Below are positions 60,804 to 64,000 of a stretch of 64,000 bases of DNA, one piece after another. The stretch lies in assembly GCA_965202585.1 (NCBI GenBank), contig OZ241829.1:1178001-1242000 (forward strand), read 5' to 3'. A program made the position numbers and the translations under genes. Every line of letters begins with the position of its first letter. Position 1 is the stretch's first letter. Below the pieces are notes generated by a model, which was given only the letters and a program-made list of their open reading frames with translations, was not told where the DNA came from and did no database searches. The DNA comes from Thalia democratica (Eukaryota).

Positions 60804-62099
60804 TCTCACTGATAAATTTATTTACCTCTTTGCAAACAGTAATTAAGCCTTTAAAACCTTAAATTGTATTATAAAATGAATTCACATCTTTATAAAATCT
60901 ACTCAAGAGCAAACAAGATTAATTTTAACTTTTTTGAAATTCAGAATTTTTCACGCATTTTTAAAGAAACTTTCAAAAGCCATAAAAATGAAAACAAAAC
61001 TTTAAAATGTAATAAAATGAATTCAAAATTTTAAAGTTTTTACTGGAAAAAAACTGACACTTAGGAGTTTTTAAGTATTTTTTCAAGTATTATGTCATTT
61101 TGCCACTTGTTACAAAAAAATACTGAATTAGCCTGGTTTAGCCTAATGCGCACAATCCCTATAAAACAACTCATCAAACTTCTAAAGCTTTCATAAAGTT
61201 AATATATATATATAATTATATAATTATTTATTCTCCTTGAAATAGACACATCTAACTTAATTTCTAACAATCAAAAAGAAAGTATTAAAAAAAGGTTTGT
61301 TAAAAGACTATTAAATTAATTGGACTTATAACTACTTAATATTTCATAGATATTCAAAATAATTTTAGTATAAATTAAATCTTAATTTATTTAAAACATC
61401 TAAAATCATATAAACTTAATTAATTTTATTCGTTTTTAGATTAAATATATTCAATGAGAATTTATAATCTAATAAAGAATAAGTAACAAATTTAAGTTGC
61501 ATAAGCACAATTATTGTTTTTAATTATTAATAATTAAACTAAATACACTAGTGGATTAAACTGTAGTAAGTTAACATTTTTGAATAGCTGATAGCTTGTT
61601 TATCCTAGTCGCCCAAACTTTTAACACGAAAGTGACTTTTACAGCACTTATATGTCAAAAACCAGGGATATTTATTGATAAATGGTTGTTTATTGAACTA
61701 TAAAAAACAGCTGGTGTATCAAAAAAACTTTTTTTTATCGACCTTACACCACGGATACAGTTTAGTGTACTTTTAAATTTAGTATTCTTTTTATTCAATG
61801 TATAATTAACAAAAAACCGTATTTGACCTGCATTTTTTAATATATTGTAACTTACTTGACTTTGTTGGATATCGAGTCGCACACAACGGGAACGAATAGG
61901 ATACCTTTAACTTCTTGTAAAAAAATTTATTTTCATTATTAATAATTTGATAAAAGAATTTAGTTGTGAATTGTTTTATAAATCTTTTTTATTAACTAAT
62001 TTATTAAAGTCTGTTTTTAGCTTAAAACTACATTGCTGGCCAAAGTACATAGGCTTAAAAAAACAGTTTTTTATAAATTAGAAACTGTGCTTTATTAAA

Positions 62100-63700
62100 A
62101 CCAAATTTACTGACAATAATGCATTAGTTACTTTAAGGACCACAAGGAAAACTTTCCTTATAACCTAAAATACAGACTCCTAAATCCAGCAAAATCAAGT
62201 ATTGGAGTAAACAGTAAAAATATTTTAGACAAATTGTTTTCTAAAATTAAAGAAAAGACTAAATTGCAACAATGGAAAAAGACCGGTAATATTATAACAT
62301 GGTTTAAAAAAATCACCAACAAAAGTAGTTACACGTTTACAAAATTTAATATAAAGGAATTCTATCCAAGTATATCAAAAAACCTGTTACTGAAATCTAT
62401 CGAATTTGCAAAAAAATACACAAAATAACCAACTCAGATATAGAAATTATACTGCACTCTTGTAAGACAGTTCTTATACATGACAACGAAGTTTGGATCA
62501 AAAAGAATGCAAAAGAAGACTTATTCGACGTGCCAATAGGAAGTTACCATGGCGCTGAAGATTGCGAGTTAATCGGTTTGTTCCTATTAAACAACCGAAC
62601 CAATTTTTCTCTAAAGAAAACTTCGGGTTATACCGCGATGATGGACTTTTGTTAATTAAAGAACGTTCAAAAAGAATCATAGAAAAGACAAGAAAGGATA
62701 CCAAAGCAGTTTTTTCAGAACAAAACTTAAAAATTAAGATTGAATTAGACAGCAGCAAGATAGACTTTCTGGATATTTCACTTGATTTTCAAAATGATAT
62801 ATACCATCCCCACAGAAAATCTAACGCAAAAGAAAAATACATAAATATAAACTCTAATCACCTACCAAACGTCAAAAGAAAACTACCTAATTGATACAAA
62901 ATATATTATCTGCTCTATCAAAAAACAATTTTATTTTTAACAAATACGAAGAACCGTAAGAGGAAGCGTTAAAAAACAATCGCTTTAATAAGGTTCAAGA
63001 ATACTCAAACCAAAAAGATGACATAGCCGGTAAAAAAAGAAAAACAAGAAGAAAAAAGAATTCTATACTACAACCCTCCATTTAGCTCAACTTTAAAAAC
63101 CAAATTGGGAAAAGAATTTCTAAAGTTAGTAGACAAACAATTCCCTAAAAACGGAACACTCAATAAAATTCTGAACAGAAATACAATCAAAATTAGTTAC
63201 TCATGTATGCACAGCATAGAATCCGAAATTAGCAAATGAAATCTTAAAGTCATAGAGGAAAGCAAAAACCAGAAGAAAAATAAAACAACTTGCAATTGCA
63301 GAGTTAAAACATCATGCCCAGTGGAAGGTAAATTCCTTTCCAGAAGTGTTATACAAAGCCACGGTAACACACAATAACAAAGAACACCATAATATTGGAT
63401 CCACCGCAAGAAACTTTAAAACAAGATACAACGAGCATATGCATAGCTTCAAAAACAAAAATCTGAGAGAATCGACGAAACTTAGCTCTTTCATTCAGGC
63501 CGCCAAATTCAGTAAAGAAATGATTAAGAAAAACGTCAAGTGGAAGATAATGCATAAAATTAATCAAAGCAAACCGAGCAAAATTTGCTCCCTGTGCAAT
63601 GTAGAAAGAATGGAAATAGCATTTGCGGACAAAAAATCATCCCTCAACTCCAGAACTGAGTTAATTGGCAAATGCAGACACTTCGCTAAATTTTATTTAA
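62100..63700 (+). mobile_element. Decayed, 5'-truncated Penelope-like retroelement (RT plus GIY-YIG endonuclease), Naiad-type
   Basis: Across about six frameshifts and several stops: TL(K)DHKENF..RLLNPAKS, WFK, FNIKEFYPSIS (D>N), FDVPIGSYHGAEDCELIGL, GLYRDDG (62631), DFLDI, SNH, YYNPPFS, ISYSCM, CNCRVKTSCPVEGKF (CxCx5Cx5C with last C>F), LYKATV..NIGST..FKTRYNEH, CSLCNVE, LNSRTELIGKCRH. End coordinates are approximate. Confidence 0.9.
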
Positions 63701-64000
63701 AATCATATCATTGCCATGTCCGTATTTACAAGTTTGATAAGTATGTTACATTCGTGCTTGCATTTTTATTTTTATTGTATAATTCTTGTGTTTGTGTTTT
63801 CTAGTTATTTATTTATCTATTTAGTTTTTCACCCAATAAGTTTTTCTACATAATTGGCCATTAAGCATTTTGGAATCTTTTGTTAATTTAGCAAGCTCAT
63901 TTAATTTAATCAGTTTTAATAAGAATATAATAAGTGTTGATTTGTAGCATCCAATAGTAGTATATATGGCTTTGTCTGTCGTACTTTACAGAGTTTTAGG

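Noticed and set aside
1893-61882. Remaining 60-95-aa track ORFs in AT-rich introns and MITEs (e.g. 1893, 3114, 22857, 23219, 28092, 41725, 48777, 50059, 51264, 52283, 57755, 57880, 58535, 59984, 60461, 61655)
   Set aside because: Mostly non-ATG starts, F/L/K/I/N low-complexity composition, several inside non-autonomous repeats; no coding evidence.
62892-63239. In-frame TGA codons in the Penelope-like element as selenocysteine recoding
   Set aside because: The TGAs at 62892 and 63237 are not at conserved Cys columns, the copy has many frameshifts and a TAA stop, and I see no SECIS in the 300 nt downstream.

Overview
Very AT-rich (about 75-80% A+T by eye), intron-rich animal genomic DNA. It is not prokaryotic: I see no CRISPR array, tRNA or rRNA gene. 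Tunicate affinity is only an inference, from CpG- and TGACGTCA-rich exons set in AT-rich introns. I assembled three spliced genes by hand. (1) A partial minus-strand secreted-protein gene, possibly ZP-like, running off the left edge (ATG at 1187). (2) Head-to-head with it, a 9-exon plus-strand gene (3566-10754, 411 aa) for a type I membrane protein with a 10-Cys zona pellucida (ZP) module, one GC-AG intron and no furin site. (3) A 42-kb minus-strand LRRFIP1/2 orthologue (55913-14139). The LRRFIP locus is the most interesting part. Besides the canonical N-terminus it appears to have a 2.4-kb alternative first exon (the 817-aa ORF of the track) that splices in frame to the coiled-coil exons and carries an MGxxxS myristoylation motif and AKAP-like amphipathic helices. 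It also has a candidate third short N-terminus, a 12-nt microexon, and two 13-codon exon duplicates that diverge mostly at synonymous sites. Repeats include hAT-like, Kolobok-like and MULE/foldback-like non-autonomous elements (several with verifiable TSDs), a G12-mutant minimal hammerhead ribozyme, and a decayed Naiad-type Penelope-like retroelement at the right edge. All splice models and homologies come from manual reading and recall; no search was run.
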